Shown piece after piece: positions 40,932 through 54,301 of a stretch of 64,000 nt of DNA. Within the stretch, counting starts at the first letter, position 1; each line of letters begins with the position of its first letter. The DNA is taken from positions 5,390 through 69,389 of the forward strand of contig CAYFLM010000003.1 in the NCBI GenBank assembly GCA_964343925.1. The letters run 5' to 3'. The position numbers and the translations under genes are program-made. The stretch comes from an uncultured Methylococcus sp. (GTDB lineage: Bacteria; Pseudomonadota; Gammaproteobacteria; Methylococcales; Methylococcaceae). The notes under the pieces are model-generated. The model worked only from the letters and a program-made list of their open reading frames with translations, searched no databases and was not told the origin of the DNA.

Positions 40932-41456
40932 ATCAGTACTGATAGAAAAGAACCGCGACTGAATGATGAGATTTCTTCTCCGGTCGTTAGGTTAATTGAT
41001 GCGGAAGGAAATCAGGCTGGTGTTGTCTCGATTCGTGAGGCCAAGCAAATGGCCTATGAAGCGGATCTGGATTTGGTAGAGATTTCGCCAGGTGCGGAGC
41101 CTCCCGTCTGCCGAATCATGGACTATGGCAAGTTTAGATTTGAGCTGAACAAGAAGCAGCAGGCTGCTAAAAAGAAGCAGAAGCAGATTCAAGTCAAAGA
41201 AATCAAGTTTCGGCCTGGTACGGATGTTGGCGATTATCAAGTTAAGCTCAGAAACCTTACTAGGTTCTTGGCTGATGGTGACAAGGCGAAAGTTACCGTT
41301 CGGTTCCGCGGTAGAGAACTGAGCCACAAAGAATTGGGAATGGATTTGCTCAAACAGATCGAGGTCGATCTTGCAGAACATGCTGCAGTTGAACAGTTTC
41401 CAAAAATGGAGGGTAAGCAGATGAGTATGACGCTAGCCCCCAAGAAGAAAAAATAA
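40932..41456 (+). CDS. infC: Translation initiation factor IF-3, non-canonical ATC start
   Basis: The conserved N-domain ([29 protein letters not shown]...) is encoded upstream of the first in-frame ATG (41049). An in-frame TAG lies at 40917-40919. AGGAGG at 40918-40923 sits 8 nt before ATC 40932. No ATG/GTG/TTG occurs in frame in between. Confidence 0.85.
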   Translation: MSTDRKEPRLNDEISSPVVRLIDAEGNQAGVVSIREAKQMAYEADLDLVEISPGAEPPVCRIMDYGKFRFELNKKQQAAKKKQKQIQVKEIKFRPGTDVGDYQVKLRNLTRFLADGDKAKVTVRFRGRELSHKELGMDLLKQIEVDLAEHAAVEQFPKMEGKQMSMTLAPKKKK

Positions 41457-41485
41457 ATACTAGATTTTGAGATATCGGAGGGCTT

Positions 41486-41683
41486 ATGCCTAAACTGAAG
41501 ACAAACAGAGGAGCCGCCAAGCGTTTTAAGAAGACAGCTTCAGGCGGCTTCAAGTGTAACCACTCTCATCGTCGACACATCCTGACGAAAAAGAGTACTA
41601 AGCGTAAGCGTCAACTGCGTAGCCCAAATGCGATTCATCAGTCAGATGTTCGTAGCGCGGCTAGACTGTTGCCTCACGCATGA
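41486..41683 (+). CDS. rpmI: 50S ribosomal protein L35
   Basis: 65 aa. [17 protein letters not shown]... Confidence 0.96.
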   Translation: MPKLKTNRGAAKRFKKTASGGFKCNHSHRRHILTKKSTKRKRQLRSPNAIHQSDVRSAARLLPHA

Positions 41684-41713
41684 TCCAGAGCATTACGTAT
41701 TTAGGAAAATCTC

Positions 41714-42061
41714 ATGCCTAGAGTTAAGAGAGGCGTCACCGCAAGGGCCCGCCATAAAAAGGTCCTCAAGCAAGCCAAGGGGTATTACGGTGCCCGGAGT
41801 CGTATCTACAGAGTCGCAAAGCAGGCTGTTATCAAAGCAGGCCAATATGCGTATCGTGATCGTAGACAGAGGAAGAGGCAGTTTAGGGCTCTTTGGATTG
41901 TGCGTATCAACGCTGCTGCCAGAGAGTTTGGTCTTTCCTACAGCCGTTTCATGAACGGTTTGAAAAAGGCTTCTGTCGAAATCGACAGGAAGGTGCTTGC
42001 TGATCTTGCCGTGCGGGATAAGGAAGCATTTGCCGAACTTGCCAGAATTGCGCAGGGCTAG
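41714..42061 (+). CDS. rplT: 50S ribosomal protein L20
   Basis: 115 aa. [30 protein letters not shown]... Confidence 0.97.
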   Translation: MPRVKRGVTARARHKKVLKQAKGYYGARSRIYRVAKQAVIKAGQYAYRDRRQRKRQFRALWIVRINAAAREFGLSYSRFMNGLKKASVEIDRKVLADLAVRDKEAFAELARIAQG

Positions 42062-42081
42062 CCTTAAGCAACAAATTCAGT

Positions 42082-42114
42082 TGGAAGAGAGAACTATTCG
42101 TGTTCTCTCTTCCA
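42082..42114 (+). other. Strong hairpin between rplT and pheS (terminator/attenuator candidate)
   Basis: tggaagagagaac-tattcgt-gttctctcttcca: 13-bp perfect stem with 7-nt loop. Not followed by a clear U-tract. Confidence 0.4.
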
Positions 42115-42146
42115 GCTGATCAGTATTTAACCCCAGTTCGAGTTAA

Positions 42147-43172
<1,026 letters not shown>

Positions 43173-43187
43173 TTGCGAGTCTAGTTC

Positions 43188-45569
43188 ATGAAGTTAAGTG
43201 AGTCTTGGCTCAGAGAATATCTTGAGGTCAATCCGAGTGCGGAGGAGTTGATAGAACAGCTTACGATGGCCGGAGTTGAAGTTGGCTCATACGGTCAGGT
43301 TTCAGGATCATTCTCCGGTGTTGTCGTTGCCGATGTTTTAGAAGTTGTACCGCACCCAGATGCTGAACGACTCCGTGTATGCAGTGTTTTGGCTCGGATT
43401 GGCCAGCAGCCATTGCAAATCGTGTGTGGGGCGCCGAATGTTGCAGTCGGAATGCGAACTGCACTAGCGTTGGAAGGCGCCGTTCTTCCTGGTGGGCTCA
43501 TAATCAAACGCTCACGTCTTAGGGGGGTTGAGTCCTTTGGGATGCTATGTTCTGAGAAGGAACTGGGTATTGAAGAGGAGTCAAATGGCCTTATGGTGCT
43601 TCCAGCCGACGCGCCTGTTGGATCGGATCTGCGCCTTTACTTGGGTCTTGATGATCACAGTATAGAGGTCGACTTAACGCCTAATCGCGCAGACTGTCTC
43701 AGTATTTGGGGTCTCGCAAGAGAGGTTTCGGTTTTAAACGGGATTGACCCGGTCCTACCCCACATTCCAGATGTTCAGCCTTCAATCCAGGATCAAATTG
43801 ATGTCAGGGTGGAAGATACCCGGGGGTGTCCAAGATACCTAGGGCGAGTCATCAAGGGTGTTAATGCCAATAGCGAGACCCCCTTGTGGATGAGGGAAAA
43901 ACTTAGACGATCTGGACTGAGATCAATAAACTCAATTGTTGATATCACGAACTACGTCCTTCTGGAGTTGGGGCAGCCCATGCATGCCTTCGACCTACAG
44001 AAGATTAACAGCGCTATCACCGTGAGAAATGCCCAAAGTGGGGAAAGGCTGCATCTTCTGAATGAACAGTGGATTGAGTTGGAGGCCGATACGTTGGTGA
44101 TATGCGACAGCGATGGTCCGCTTGCGCTGGCGGGAATCATGGGTGGCAATGCATCCTCGGTGAGCGGTTTGACGCAAGAGATCTTCCTAGAGTGTGCATT
44201 CTTTTCCCCCATTGAAATCATGGGTAAGGCACGGAAATATGGGCTAAATACAGATTCATCCCACCGTTTTGAGCGGGGTGTTAGTTACGAATTGCAGCAT
44301 GCAGCGCTTGAATATGCTACCCAACTCATTCTTCAGATTTCGGGGGGGGATGCTGGGCCAGTTGTTGAGAAAACATCCCAAATAGATCTTCCGGTTAGAT
44401 CTCCCATCATACTGCGGAAGACCGAAGTTTTGCGGGTGTTAGGCCTAGACCTTGATGACACCTTTATCGAAGCGACACTGAATCGTCTGGGGCTTCAACT
44501 AAAACGGCTTGGCGACGAGTGGCAGTGCACTGCTCCAGCACACCGTTTTGATTTGGCCATTGAGGCTGATTTAATCGAGGAATTGGGTAGAGTTTACGGA
44601 TACGACAAAATACCCGTTCGTCGGCCATTGGTTCCCGCAATTATGCGAACCTGTTCTGAGTCTGTCCTCAGCGAGAACCGCGTCAAAGATGTTATGGTTG
44701 ATCGCGGTTATCAAGAGGCTATCACCTACAGCTTTGTTGATCCAAAGCTTCAGGCTCAGATTGACCCCGAAGGTAGCGGGTTGTCACTCTGCAACCCGAT
44801 TTCGTCTGAAATGGCTGTAATGAGGACAAATTTGTGGGTTGGGTTGTTGGATTCAGCGTTGCGAAACAATAATCGCCAGATAAAGCGAGTCAGGCTTTTT
44901 GAGACAGGGCTCCGATTTATTCAGGATCAGTCAGGCCTGAAGCAGGCCAAGACCCTAGCTTTCTTATCGATGGGTCCTCTGAATGAAGAAATGTGGGGCC
45001 TTGGGCAAAAAGAGGTTGATTTTTTTGATGTCAAATCTGATCTTGAGGCTTTGTTGGCACTAACGGGCCGGTCGCAGACAATTCAGTTTGTGCGGGAGAC
45101 TAAGGCTTGCTTACATCCCGGTCAGAGTGCCCGAGTGTATTCCGGTTCTGATCCACTTGGATGGATTGGAATGCTTCATCCTGAATTAGAGCGGGCCTTG
45201 GGATTTGAAGGTAAGGTCTTTCTCGTTGAGCTAGATCTGGACTCCTTGGTCGAGCGAGAAATTCCTCGTTTTAAACGCCTTTCAAAGTTTCCCAGTGTCC
45301 GAAGAGATCTTGCAGTGTTGGTTAGGGAATCCGTCGAAGTTGGAGAATTGTTGGGTGGCGTCAAGGCCATTGCTTCCCCACTCATCAGAGACATTACGGT
45401 CTTTGATGTGTACCAAGGCGCTGGAATCGAGCCGGGCTTTAAGAGTGTTGCATTTAGGCTTGTGCTGCAAGATGACGACGAAACGCTTACAGACTCGCTC
45501 GTTGAGCAATCAGTCCAAGGTATATTTAAATTCTTCGAAGAAAATTTCGAAGCACGTTTGAGGGATTAG
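43188..45569 (+). CDS. pheT: Phenylalanine--tRNA ligase beta subunit
   Basis: 793 aa. MKLSESWLREYL..., tRNA-binding, B3/4, B5 and FDX-ACB regions in the expected order. Confidence 0.96.
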   Translation: MKLSESWLREYLEVNPSAEELIEQLTMAGVEVGSYGQVSGSFSGVVVADVLEVVPHPDAERLRVCSVLARIGQQPLQIVCGAPNVAVGMRTALALEGAVLPGGLIIKRSRLRGVESFGMLCSEKELGIEEESNGLMVLPADAPVGSDLRLYLGLDDHSIEVDLTPNRADCLSIWGLAREVSVLNGIDPVLPHIPDVQPSIQDQIDVRVEDTRGCPRYLGRVIKGVNANSETPLWMREKLRRSGLRSINSIVDITNYVLLELGQPMHAFDLQKINSAITVRNAQSGERLHLLNEQWIELEADTLVICDSDGPLALAGIMGGNASSVSGLTQEIFLECAFFSPIEIMGKARKYGLNTDSSHRFERGVSYELQHAALEYATQLILQISGGDAGPVVEKTSQIDLPVRSPIILRKTEVLRVLGLDLDDTFIEATLNRLGLQLKRLGDEWQCTAPAHRFDLAIEADLIEELGRVYGYDKIPVRRPLVPAIMRTCSESVLSENRVKDVMVDRGYQEAITYSFVDPKLQAQIDPEGSGLSLCNPISSEMAVMRTNLWVGLLDSALRNNNRQIKRVRLFETGLRFIQDQSGLKQAKTLAFLSMGPLNEEMWGLGQKEVDFFDVKSDLEALLALTGRSQTIQFVRETKACLHPGQSARVYSGSDPLGWIGMLHPELERALGFEGKVFLVELDLDSLVEREIPRFKRLSKFPSVRRDLAVLVRESVEVGELLGGVKAIASPLIRDITVFDVYQGAGIEPGFKSVAFRLVLQDDDETLTDSLVEQSVQGIFKFFEENFEARLRD

Positions 45570-45573
45570 TTAA

Positions 45574-45879
45574 ATGGCGCTGACTAAAATAGATATGGTG
45601 GATCGGCTGATTGAAACCGTTCCGATAAACCGAAAAGATGCCAAGCAATTGGTTGATCAGTTCTTTGATGAAATCAAGGGTGCGCTAGCGCGCGGGGAGA
45701 CAGTCAAGCTTTCAGGATTTGGCAACTTCGACCTGAGAGATAAGAATCAACGCCCTGGAAGGAATCCGAAAACGGGGCAAGACATCCCGATTTCCGCACG
45801 CAGGGTAGTAACTTTTAAGTCAGGACAGAAATTAAAATCCATGGTTGAGACCTCTGTTTCGACTTCAAGTAAGGCTTAA
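45574..45879 (+). CDS. ihfA: Integration host factor subunit alpha
   Basis: 101 aa. [12 protein letters not shown]...[35 protein letters not shown]. pheST-ihfA synteny. Confidence 0.93.
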   Translation: MALTKIDMVDRLIETVPINRKDAKQLVDQFFDEIKGALARGETVKLSGFGNFDLRDKNQRPGRNPKTGQDIPISARRVVTFKSGQKLKSMVETSVSTSSKA

Positions 45880-45918
45880 TCTAGGTCTTTTCGTCCCAAT
45901 ACAGACCGAGGAATCGAG

Positions 45919-46947
45919 TTGATAAGGGCAAGTGTCGTAGGAGGAACCGGCTATACCGGTGTCGAATTGCTAAGGATACTTGCCTCTCATTCTGAGGTTG
46001 AGGTTGTTTCCGTTACTTCTCGGTCCGATGCAGGCCGCCCTGTCTCTTCCGTTTACCCAAACCTTCGAGGTGCGGTCGACTGTCTGTTTACGCAGCCTAG
46101 CCCAGAGGCTCTTATAGATAGTGATGTGGTTTTTTTTGCTACTCCCAACGGAACCGCCATGAGGATGGCCCCAGAGCTGCTGCGACATGGGGTAAAAGTC
46201 ATTGATCTCGCAGCAGACTTTAGGCTTAAAGATCCAGAAGTGTGGTCTCAGTGGTACGGGGAGGAACACGCTTGTCCTGACTTACTTGCGGAAGCGGTAT
46301 ATGGGCTTCCGGAGGTCAATCGAAGCGCGATAAGAACGGCAAGCCTTATTGCCTGCCCGGGTTGTTATCCGACAGCAGTTCAGTTAGCACTCTTGCCTCT
46401 TTTGAAAGAGCATCTGGTTGATACGCGAGTGGTAGCGGATGTGAAGTCAGGCGTCAGTGGTGCCGGCAGGAAAGCTGAAATCCCTGTCATGATGTCCGAG
46501 ACTGGCGAAAGCTTTAAGGCTTATTCTGCATCGCGGCATCGGCACTGGCCAGAAATTGTTCAGGGTTTGCGAGGGTTTTCCGGGCGGGATGTGCAGTTGA
46601 CCTTCATCCCGCATCTTGTCCCAATGATTCGGGGCATTCATGCAACGGTTTATTGTCAGCCGGCCGCTGAAATCCCAGACCTACAGTCTCTGTTTGAGAG
46701 ATACTATTTCGACGAGCCTTATGTGGATGTTTTGCCCTCAGGTTCTCATCCAGATACTCGAAATGTTCGTGGCTCAAATCGCTGCCAGATTGCGGTTCAT
46801 CGTCCCGAGGGAAGTCCTCACATTGTTGTTCTGGCAGTCATTGATAATCTTGTGAAGGGTGCTGCAGGACAGGCGGTTCAAAATATGAATTTAATGTTTG
46901 GACTGAGAGAAACGACAGGCATTCCTATCTTGGGTCTTTATCCTTAG
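45919..46947 (+). CDS. argC: N-acetyl-gamma-glutamyl-phosphate reductase
   Basis: 342 aa, TTG start. [17 protein letters not shown](P) motif and catalytic Cys context IACPGCYPT. Confidence 0.9.
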   Translation: MIRASVVGGTGYTGVELLRILASHSEVEVVSVTSRSDAGRPVSSVYPNLRGAVDCLFTQPSPEALIDSDVVFFATPNGTAMRMAPELLRHGVKVIDLAADFRLKDPEVWSQWYGEEHACPDLLAEAVYGLPEVNRSAIRTASLIACPGCYPTAVQLALLPLLKEHLVDTRVVADVKSGVSGAGRKAEIPVMMSETGESFKAYSASRHRHWPEIVQGLRGFSGRDVQLTFIPHLVPMIRGIHATVYCQPAAEIPDLQSLFERYYFDEPYVDVLPSGSHPDTRNVRGSNRCQIAVHRPEGSPHIVVLAVIDNLVKGAAGQAVQNMNLMFGLRETTGIPILGLYP

Positions 46948-46951
46948 CCCT

Positions 46952-47857
46952 ATGATCAATAGAGAAAATATTCATCAGCTTGCTACGATCAGGGATTACA
47001 TTCGATTTGCTATCAGCACATTCGAGGGATGTGGTCTTTATTTTGGGCATGGGACGTCAACAGCACTTGATGAGGCAGTTGCGTTAGTTCTTTTAGCTCT
47101 AGATTTGCCATTAGATCTTGATCAGGATTTTTTCTCAGCAAATCTGACGATTACTGAAAGAAACCGGGTTCTAGAGTTAATTGAACTAAGGGCAAAAAAC
47201 AGAACCCCCCTTTCTTATCTTACTCATTCTGCTTTTTTTGCAGGCTATCGATTTTATGTTGATGAGCGTGTTTTGGTGCCTAGATCACCCATTGCTGAAT
47301 TGATAGAGTCGCTTTATACCCCGTGGGTTGATCCGGATCAGATTGAATGTATTCTGGATCTGTGTACCGGCAGTGGCTGCATCGCCATTGCGAGTGCGCA
47401 TGCTTTTCCTGACGCGGAAGTAGATGCCGTGGACCTGTCGAAGGACGCTTTAGATGTTGCCTCCCTGAATGTTGCCAGTCACGGATTGGAAGGTCGTGTG
47501 AGTTTGATTCATTCAGATCTGTTTTCGGCATTGGCAGGGCGGCGCTATGATTTGATTGTCAGTAATCCACCCTATGTGAGTACCGAGGAGTGGAATGGTT
47601 TACCTATGGAGTATCACGCGGAGCCTAGATTGGGCTTAGAGTCCGGCGTCGATGGTCTTGACTGTGTTAGAAGGATTCTTACCGATGCAGCGAACTTTCT
47701 GACTGAGGAGGGTGTCCTTATTGTTGAGGTTGGGAATTCAGCAGATGCATTGGAGAGAGCCTACCCCGAGGTGCCCTTTACGTGGATAGATTTTAGTCGT
47801 GGTGGTGATGGGGTGTTCTGCATGACCTATCAGCAACTCAGGCAATATTTTTCATGA
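46952..47857 (+). CDS. prmB: 50S ribosomal protein L3 glutamine N5-methyltransferase
   Basis: 301 aa. DLCTGSGCIAI SAM motif and NPPYV catalytic motif. Adjacent to aroC as in E. coli. Confidence 0.85.
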   Translation: MINRENIHQLATIRDYIRFAISTFEGCGLYFGHGTSTALDEAVALVLLALDLPLDLDQDFFSANLTITERNRVLELIELRAKNRTPLSYLTHSAFFAGYRFYVDERVLVPRSPIAELIESLYTPWVDPDQIECILDLCTGSGCIAIASAHAFPDAEVDAVDLSKDALDVASLNVASHGLEGRVSLIHSDLFSALAGRRYDLIVSNPPYVSTEEWNGLPMEYHAEPRLGLESGVDGLDCVRRILTDAANFLTEEGVLIVEVGNSADALERAYPEVPFTWIDFSRGGDGVFCMTYQQLRQYFS

Positions 47858-47915
47858 TCCAATGCTGATTGGGCTTGGAATATAGCAGTGATTCAGATTA
47901 TCGGCAGGTAGGATA

Positions 47916-49010
47916 ATGTCAGGGAATACAATAGGTAAGCTGTTTGCGGTGACGTCATTCGGTGAGAGTCACGGAGAGGCTATCGGCTGTATCGTCGACG
48001 GCTGTCCTCCCGGCCTGAGTTTGTGTGAGGCTGATCTCCAAAAGGACTTGGACCGAAGAAAGCCTGGAACCTCAAGGCACACTACGCAGAGACGCGAGCC
48101 CGATGAGGTTAGGATCCTTTCAGGAGTTTTTGATGGAAAGACCACGGGCACCCCCATCGGGCTGATCATCGAAAATCAGGACCAAAAGTCGAAAGATTAC
48201 GGCGATATTGCCCATCAGTTTCGCCCGGGGCACGCTGACTATACCTACTTCATGAAGTACGGTTTTCGAGATTTTCGGGGGGGTGGCCGCTCCTCGGCGC
48301 GTGAAACTGCTATGAGGGTGGCTGCTGGAGCGATTGCTAAAAAATACTTATTTGAACGTTATGGTGTCACCGTTAAAGGGTATTTGGCTCAACTTGGCCC
48401 TATCAAAACAGACCTGGTGAGTTGGGAAGAGGTTGAGCAGAACCCGTTTTTTTGTCCAGATATGAGGGTCGTTCCAAAATTGGAGGCCTTTATGGATGAT
48501 CTTAGAAAAGCGGGGGATTCGATTGGTGCACGAGTCAATGTTGTTGCGCAAAATGTACCGCCCGGTTGGGGTGAACCTGTTTTTGACAGGTTGGATGCCG
48601 ATATTGCGCATGCTTTGATGAGTATAAATGCGGTCAAAGCGGTTGAGATTGGTGACGGATTTGATTGTGTTGCTGCGAAAGGAACAGAATTTCGCGATGA
48701 GATGACGCCGGAAGGATTTCTCTCCAATCATGCTGGGGGAATACTTGGAGGTATATCATCTGGACAGGACATCGTTGCAAGCATTGCTCTCAAGCCAACC
48801 TCAAGTCTGAGATTGTCAGGTAGGTCGCTGGATGAGTCAGGTCAAGTTGTGGATTTGGTGACCAAGGGGCGACACGACCCTTGTGTTGGGATAAGGGCTA
48901 CTCCTATCGCTGAGGCGATGTTAGCAATAGTCTTGATGGATCATGCTCTGCGGCACAGAGCGCAAAATGCAGATGTGGTCGTGCCTTTAAAGCCTATCGG
49001 GCAAGTGTAG
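47916..49010 (+). CDS. aroC: Chorismate synthase
   Basis: 364 aa. GESHG...GRSSARETA...signature regions. Confidence 0.96.
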   Translation: MSGNTIGKLFAVTSFGESHGEAIGCIVDGCPPGLSLCEADLQKDLDRRKPGTSRHTTQRREPDEVRILSGVFDGKTTGTPIGLIIENQDQKSKDYGDIAHQFRPGHADYTYFMKYGFRDFRGGGRSSARETAMRVAAGAIAKKYLFERYGVTVKGYLAQLGPIKTDLVSWEEVEQNPFFCPDMRVVPKLEAFMDDLRKAGDSIGARVNVVAQNVPPGWGEPVFDRLDADIAHALMSINAVKAVEIGDGFDCVAAKGTEFRDEMTPEGFLSNHAGGILGGISSGQDIVASIALKPTSSLRLSGRSLDESGQVVDLVTKGRHDPCVGIRATPIAEAMLAIVLMDHALRHRAQNADVVVPLKPIGQV

Positions 49011-49054
49011 ATGTCTAATATCTAAGTGTTTGATTACCGATCCAGGGCGACAAA

Positions 49055-50188
49055 TTGGGTCATCACTTATCTGTATTCTATTTTTTCTATTTCTCAGTTC
49101 TTGGGGTTTTGATCCCCTTTTTTCCTGTATACCTTAAATACGTAGGATATGAGCCAGCTCAGATTGGGCTGCTAATGTCAATATTTCCAGCGACCAAGGT
49201 TTTGTCGCCCCCTTTCTGGGGTTGGTTGGCGGATCGTCATTTTGCCCCTCTTCGTCTTGTGAGATTGGGGTCTACGATTTCAATGCTTTCTTTTGTGTTG
49301 ATGCCCGTTATTCCGTTATCTGGTCTTCCTTTTTTGCTGATGCTGTTTGGTTTTTCGTGGAGTGCTGTTCTGCCTCTGTTTGAATCAGTGGCTATGGGTT
49401 TGCTTGGGGTGGGCAGTAATCGATATGCGGCCATTCGCTTGTGGGGATCTGTTGGGTTCGTGGTATCAAGCCTTTTAGCGGCTGTATGGATGGAAGCACT
49501 GATGCCGATTGGTTCTTTACCGGTGCTGATGGCCCTGCTTCTCGCTGGCCAGTTCATTGCCTCTTGGTTTGTGCCCTCTCACCCGAGTAGCACGAGAAAA
49601 GGGATTGAAGAGGGCGGTGGAGTATCCATAAGTCGATTTTGGATATTGATTCTCAGTGCATTTTTGCTTCAGGTATCCCATGGCGCTTATTACAGCTTCT
49701 TCTCGCTATTTCTAGAAGAGCATGGATACGGGCAATATGAAGTCGGTGCTATATGGTCGCTTGGGGTATTGGCTGAAGTTGTTCTTTTTTTTGGTCTTAG
49801 GTTCTGCCCCTTTGAGGTACGCGCCGAGGTGTTGCTGCTTTTGGGGTTGGCTGTAACTTGCTTGAGGTGGCTTGCGCTCTCCGTCGAGATCTATCATCCC
49901 ATATGGATTTTCCTGGTTCAGCTGATGCATGCGGGATCATTTGGGTTGCCCCATATTGCTGCGATCAAAATTATTGGTGAGACTTTCGGGGGACAGCAAA
50001 ACGCACGAGGTCAGGGGGCTTACGCCGGCATTGGCTTTGGGTTTGGAGGTTTGGTGGGTAGTTTGATGGCGGGGTATTTGTGGGAGCGTATTCCAGGTGA
50101 TCAGGTGTTCCTGTTATCTGCTCTGGTTGCCTGGCTTGCCTTTCAGGTCCAGGTGATTGGTTCGCGATTATGCCGGGTGAGTGGTTGA
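49055..50188 (+). CDS. MFS transporter (MFS_1_like / HcaT-type family), substrate unknown
   Basis: 377 aa, about 12 predicted TM segments. N-terminal FYFFYFSVLGVLIPFFPVYL is typical of this MFS subgroup. TTG start. Confidence 0.7.
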   Translation: MGHHLSVFYFFYFSVLGVLIPFFPVYLKYVGYEPAQIGLLMSIFPATKVLSPPFWGWLADRHFAPLRLVRLGSTISMLSFVLMPVIPLSGLPFLLMLFGFSWSAVLPLFESVAMGLLGVGSNRYAAIRLWGSVGFVVSSLLAAVWMEALMPIGSLPVLMALLLAGQFIASWFVPSHPSSTRKGIEEGGGVSISRFWILILSAFLLQVSHGAYYSFFSLFLEEHGYGQYEVGAIWSLGVLAEVVLFFGLRFCPFEVRAEVLLLLGLAVTCLRWLALSVEIYHPIWIFLVQLMHAGSFGLPHIAAIKIIGETFGGQQNARGQGAYAGIGFGFGGLVGSLMAGYLWERIPGDQVFLLSALVAWLAFQVQVIGSRLCRVSG

Positions 50189-50192
50189 CGTG

Positions 50193-50563
50193 GGGGGTGG
50201 AGTTGGCCGATAAGCCGGGTTCTGTCTTGGACAGCCATTCATCTGGGGCTATTCTCACGAATCGCCTCTAGCGACCTACCCGGGAGCTGCACGGGTCGTA
50301 CCTGACGTCGCTGACGTCTGCTCCTCTATTTGGTCTTGCTCCAGGTGGGGTTTTCCCTGCCGATCACGTTACCGCGAAAGCGGTGCGCTCTTACCGCACC
50401 ATTTCACCCTTACCTAAGATCGGAATCCTAGGCGGTATATTTTCTGTGGCACTTTCCGTAGGCTCGCGCCCCCCAGGCGTTACCTGGCACCTTACCCTGC
50501 GGAGCCCGGACTTTCCTCTGCTAACCTTATAAGGGTTCACAGCGACTGCCTGGCTAACTCCTC
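50193..50563 (-). ncRNA. rnpB: RNase P RNA (bacterial type A)
   Basis: The reverse complement contains GAGGAAAGTCCGGGCTCC...GGTGCCAGGTAACGCCTGGG...GGTAAGGGTGAAA.GGTGCGGTAAGAGCGCACC...ACAGAACCCGGCTTATCGG, colinear with E. coli M1 RNA. P1 pairs GGAGTTAGCC with GGCCAACTCC. Ends are approximate (+/-5 nt). The 3' end abuts the MFS stop codon. Confidence 0.92.
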
Positions 50564-50791
50564 GGCTAGTCTACTCATTGTGTCAAAGGATGGCTATCCC
50601 TCAATCAATTGGCGCAAGTTCGCGGATTGCGGGCAAGTGCTGTTTGTGGTTCAATGAAGGCGATGTGCCGAGTCTGCATCGAACCTGATGTCACTCCTAG
50701 CTGGTGCCTATGTAGCACCTCTGGTTGCCCAGGATAAACGAGATTCTTGATTGAAATCCAAGAGAATGTCTGCTTAGGCCTCTTGGGGTAA

Positions 50792-52173
<1,382 letters not shown>

Positions 52174-52174
<1 letters not shown>

Positions 52175-53379
52175 TGTCTGCGACGAGAGAATTTCTTGAC
52201 AAGATCCATCCGTACTTTGGAAAGGGTGGAAAGTTTGAAAAGCTGTATCCCGTCTTTGAGATGGTTGATACTTTTCTTTACACCCCGCCGGATGTCACCA
52301 ATGGAGCGACCCATGTCAGAGATGTGGTTGATCTCAAGAGGGTCATGACCTATGTTTGGATAGCTGCGCTGCCTTGCATGCTGTTTGCAATTTTTAATAC
52401 GGGTTATCAAGCCAACGTTGCCATGCAGGCATTGGGGCTAAATGAAGTTCCCGGGTGGAGGGGGTGGTTCGTCAATATATTTGGTCATAGCCCCTTTAAT
52501 CCTGTCTCGGACGTGGTGCATGGCGCGGCCTATTTCCTTCCTGTCTACATCGTAACTTTGGTTGCTGGCGGAATCTGGGAAGTTCTCTTCGCGGTTGTTC
52601 GCAAACACGATGTGAACGAAGGTTTCTTTGTATCCTCGATTCTTTTTGCGTTGACACTTCCGCCCAGCATCCCGCTCTGGCAGGTTGCGCTTGGCATTTC
52701 TTTTGGCGTTGTTATTGGTAAAGAGGTTTTTGGCGGAACAGGCAAGAACTTCCTGAATCCGGCGCTAACGGGTCGAGCTTTTCTTTATTTTGCTTATCCG
52801 GCATCAATGTCTGGGGATGCAGTCTGGACGGCGGTAGATGGATTTAGCGGTGCTACGGCTCTCGGGCATGCGGCAATGGGCGGTGTGCAAGCTGTTAGAG
52901 ACGCAGGGATTTCCTGGTGGGGGACTTTCTTGGGTTTTGAGCGGGGCTCAATGGGAGAGACATCTACGGTCGCGTGCTTGGTGGGCGCGGCTTTCTTGAT
53001 CTATACCAAAATTGCGAACTGGAGAATCATTGCGGGTGTTTTTCTGGGAATGGTCGCTACTGCAACCCTATTTAATTTTACAGGTAGCGAAACTGACCTG
53101 ATGTACGCCATGCCATGGTATTGGCACCTTACGCTCGGTGGTTTTGCGTTCGGCGCGGTCTACATGGCAACTGATCCTGTGAGTGCGGCACAAACGAATC
53201 CTGGGCGTTGGATATTTGGTGCTCTGGTTGGCTTTATGACTGTGCTGATTCGTGTCGTTAATCCAGCATTTCCGGAAGGCATAATGCTAGCTATTCTATT
53301 TTCAAATATCTTTGCACCCCTCATTGATTATGCAGTAATCAAAGTGAATATCGCCAAGAGGAACAAGCGTTATGCCTGA
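52174..53379 (+). CDS. nqrB: Na+-NQR subunit B
   Basis: 401 aa polytopic protein. FMN-attachment context [13 protein letters not shown] overlaps the nqrA stop (TAATG). Confidence 0.95.
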
Positions 53380-54298
53380 AGCTACAAATAAGAAAGTCAA
53401 CGAAGTTAGCTTTGAAGAGAGGCTAAGTTCGTTTATCGAAACGGTTCAGGTCTACGCGAAACCATATTTAGATCTTCCGAACGATAGCTTTAAGAAAACG
53501 GTAGCAGTCGCTCTGGCTCTCTGTTTGGTAGGGGCTGTGGTCGTGTCGGGCTCTGCCGTTATCCTTAAACCTTTGCAGGAGTCGAATAAATCTAAAGACG
53601 AAAAGGTGAATATTCTCGAGGTGGCGGGGCTTCTGAAGCCAGGTGCTGATGTAGAGAGTACATTCAAGTCAATAGAGACCAAGATTGTTGATCTCAATAC
53701 GGGTGATTATGTTTCCAGTGTAGACGTCGGGACATACGATCAATGGAAGGCATCGAAGGATCCACAGTTAAGTGAGGCAATTCCTGCCAAGAGCGATATT
53801 GCCAGCATCAAGCGTAAGCCTAAGTACGCCAAGGTTTATCTGGTCAGAAATGAAAGCGGTCTTGAGACAATTGTGTTGCCCGTGAATGGATATGGGCTTT
53901 GGTCGACCATGTATGGCTTCATCGCTCTAAAGGGAGATGCGCAAACCGTTGTGGGCATGAACCTTTACGATCAGGCCGAAACGCCCGGATTGGGTGGTGA
54001 AGTTGTAAATCCAAAATGGAAAGAACTGTGGAAAGGTAAAAAGGTCTATAACTTTTCAGGCAAAGTAGTGCATGAGAGTAATCTCAGTGAAAAAGGCCAA
54101 ACCATTGATCTTGGTGAAGTTGCTCTAGGTTTGGTTAAGGGCAGTGTGGATCCAGGTAAGCCCGGATCCGAATATCAGGTAGATGCCTTAGCGGGCGCTA
54201 CGCTCACCAGTCGAGGGGTAAGTAATCTCGTCCAGTATTGGATGGGTAAAGAAGGTTACGCGGTCTATTTGGCAAAAGTTAGAGCCGGGAGGGGTTAG
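53372..54298 (+). CDS. nqrC: Na+-NQR subunit C
   Basis: 308 aa. TM anchor, ETPGLGGEV and FMN-attachment context [14 protein letters not shown] overlaps the nqrB 3' end (ATGCCTGA). Has an N-terminal extension relative to Vibrio NqrC. Confidence 0.9.
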   Translation: MPEATNKKVNEVSFEERLSSFIETVQVYAKPYLDLPNDSFKKTVAVALALCLVGAVVVSGSAVILKPLQESNKSKDEKVNILEVAGLLKPGADVESTFKSIETKIVDLNTGDYVSSVDVGTYDQWKASKDPQLSEAIPAKSDIASIKRKPKYAKVYLVRNESGLETIVLPVNGYGLWSTMYGFIALKGDAQTVVGMNLYDQAETPGLGGEVVNPKWKELWKGKKVYNFSGKVVHESNLSEKGQTIDLGEVALGLVKGSVDPGKPGSEYQVDALAGATLTSRGVSNLVQYWMGKEGYAVYLAKVRAGRG

Positions 54299-54301
54299 TA
54301 A

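Noticed and set aside
41628-41954. 108-aa ORF overlapping rpmI/rplT out of frame
   Set aside because: The L35 and L20 frames are unambiguous. The alternative frame has no features.
42062-42146. pheM-type Phe-rich leader peptide upstream of pheS
   Set aside because: No ATG-initiated ORF is present, and the single TTG mini-ORF has no Phe codons. Only the hairpin is reported.
49971-50258. 95-aa minus-strand ORF
   Set aside because: It overlaps the 3' end of the MFS transporter gene (antisense) and the 3' part of RNase P RNA. Pro/Thr-rich translation with no start context.
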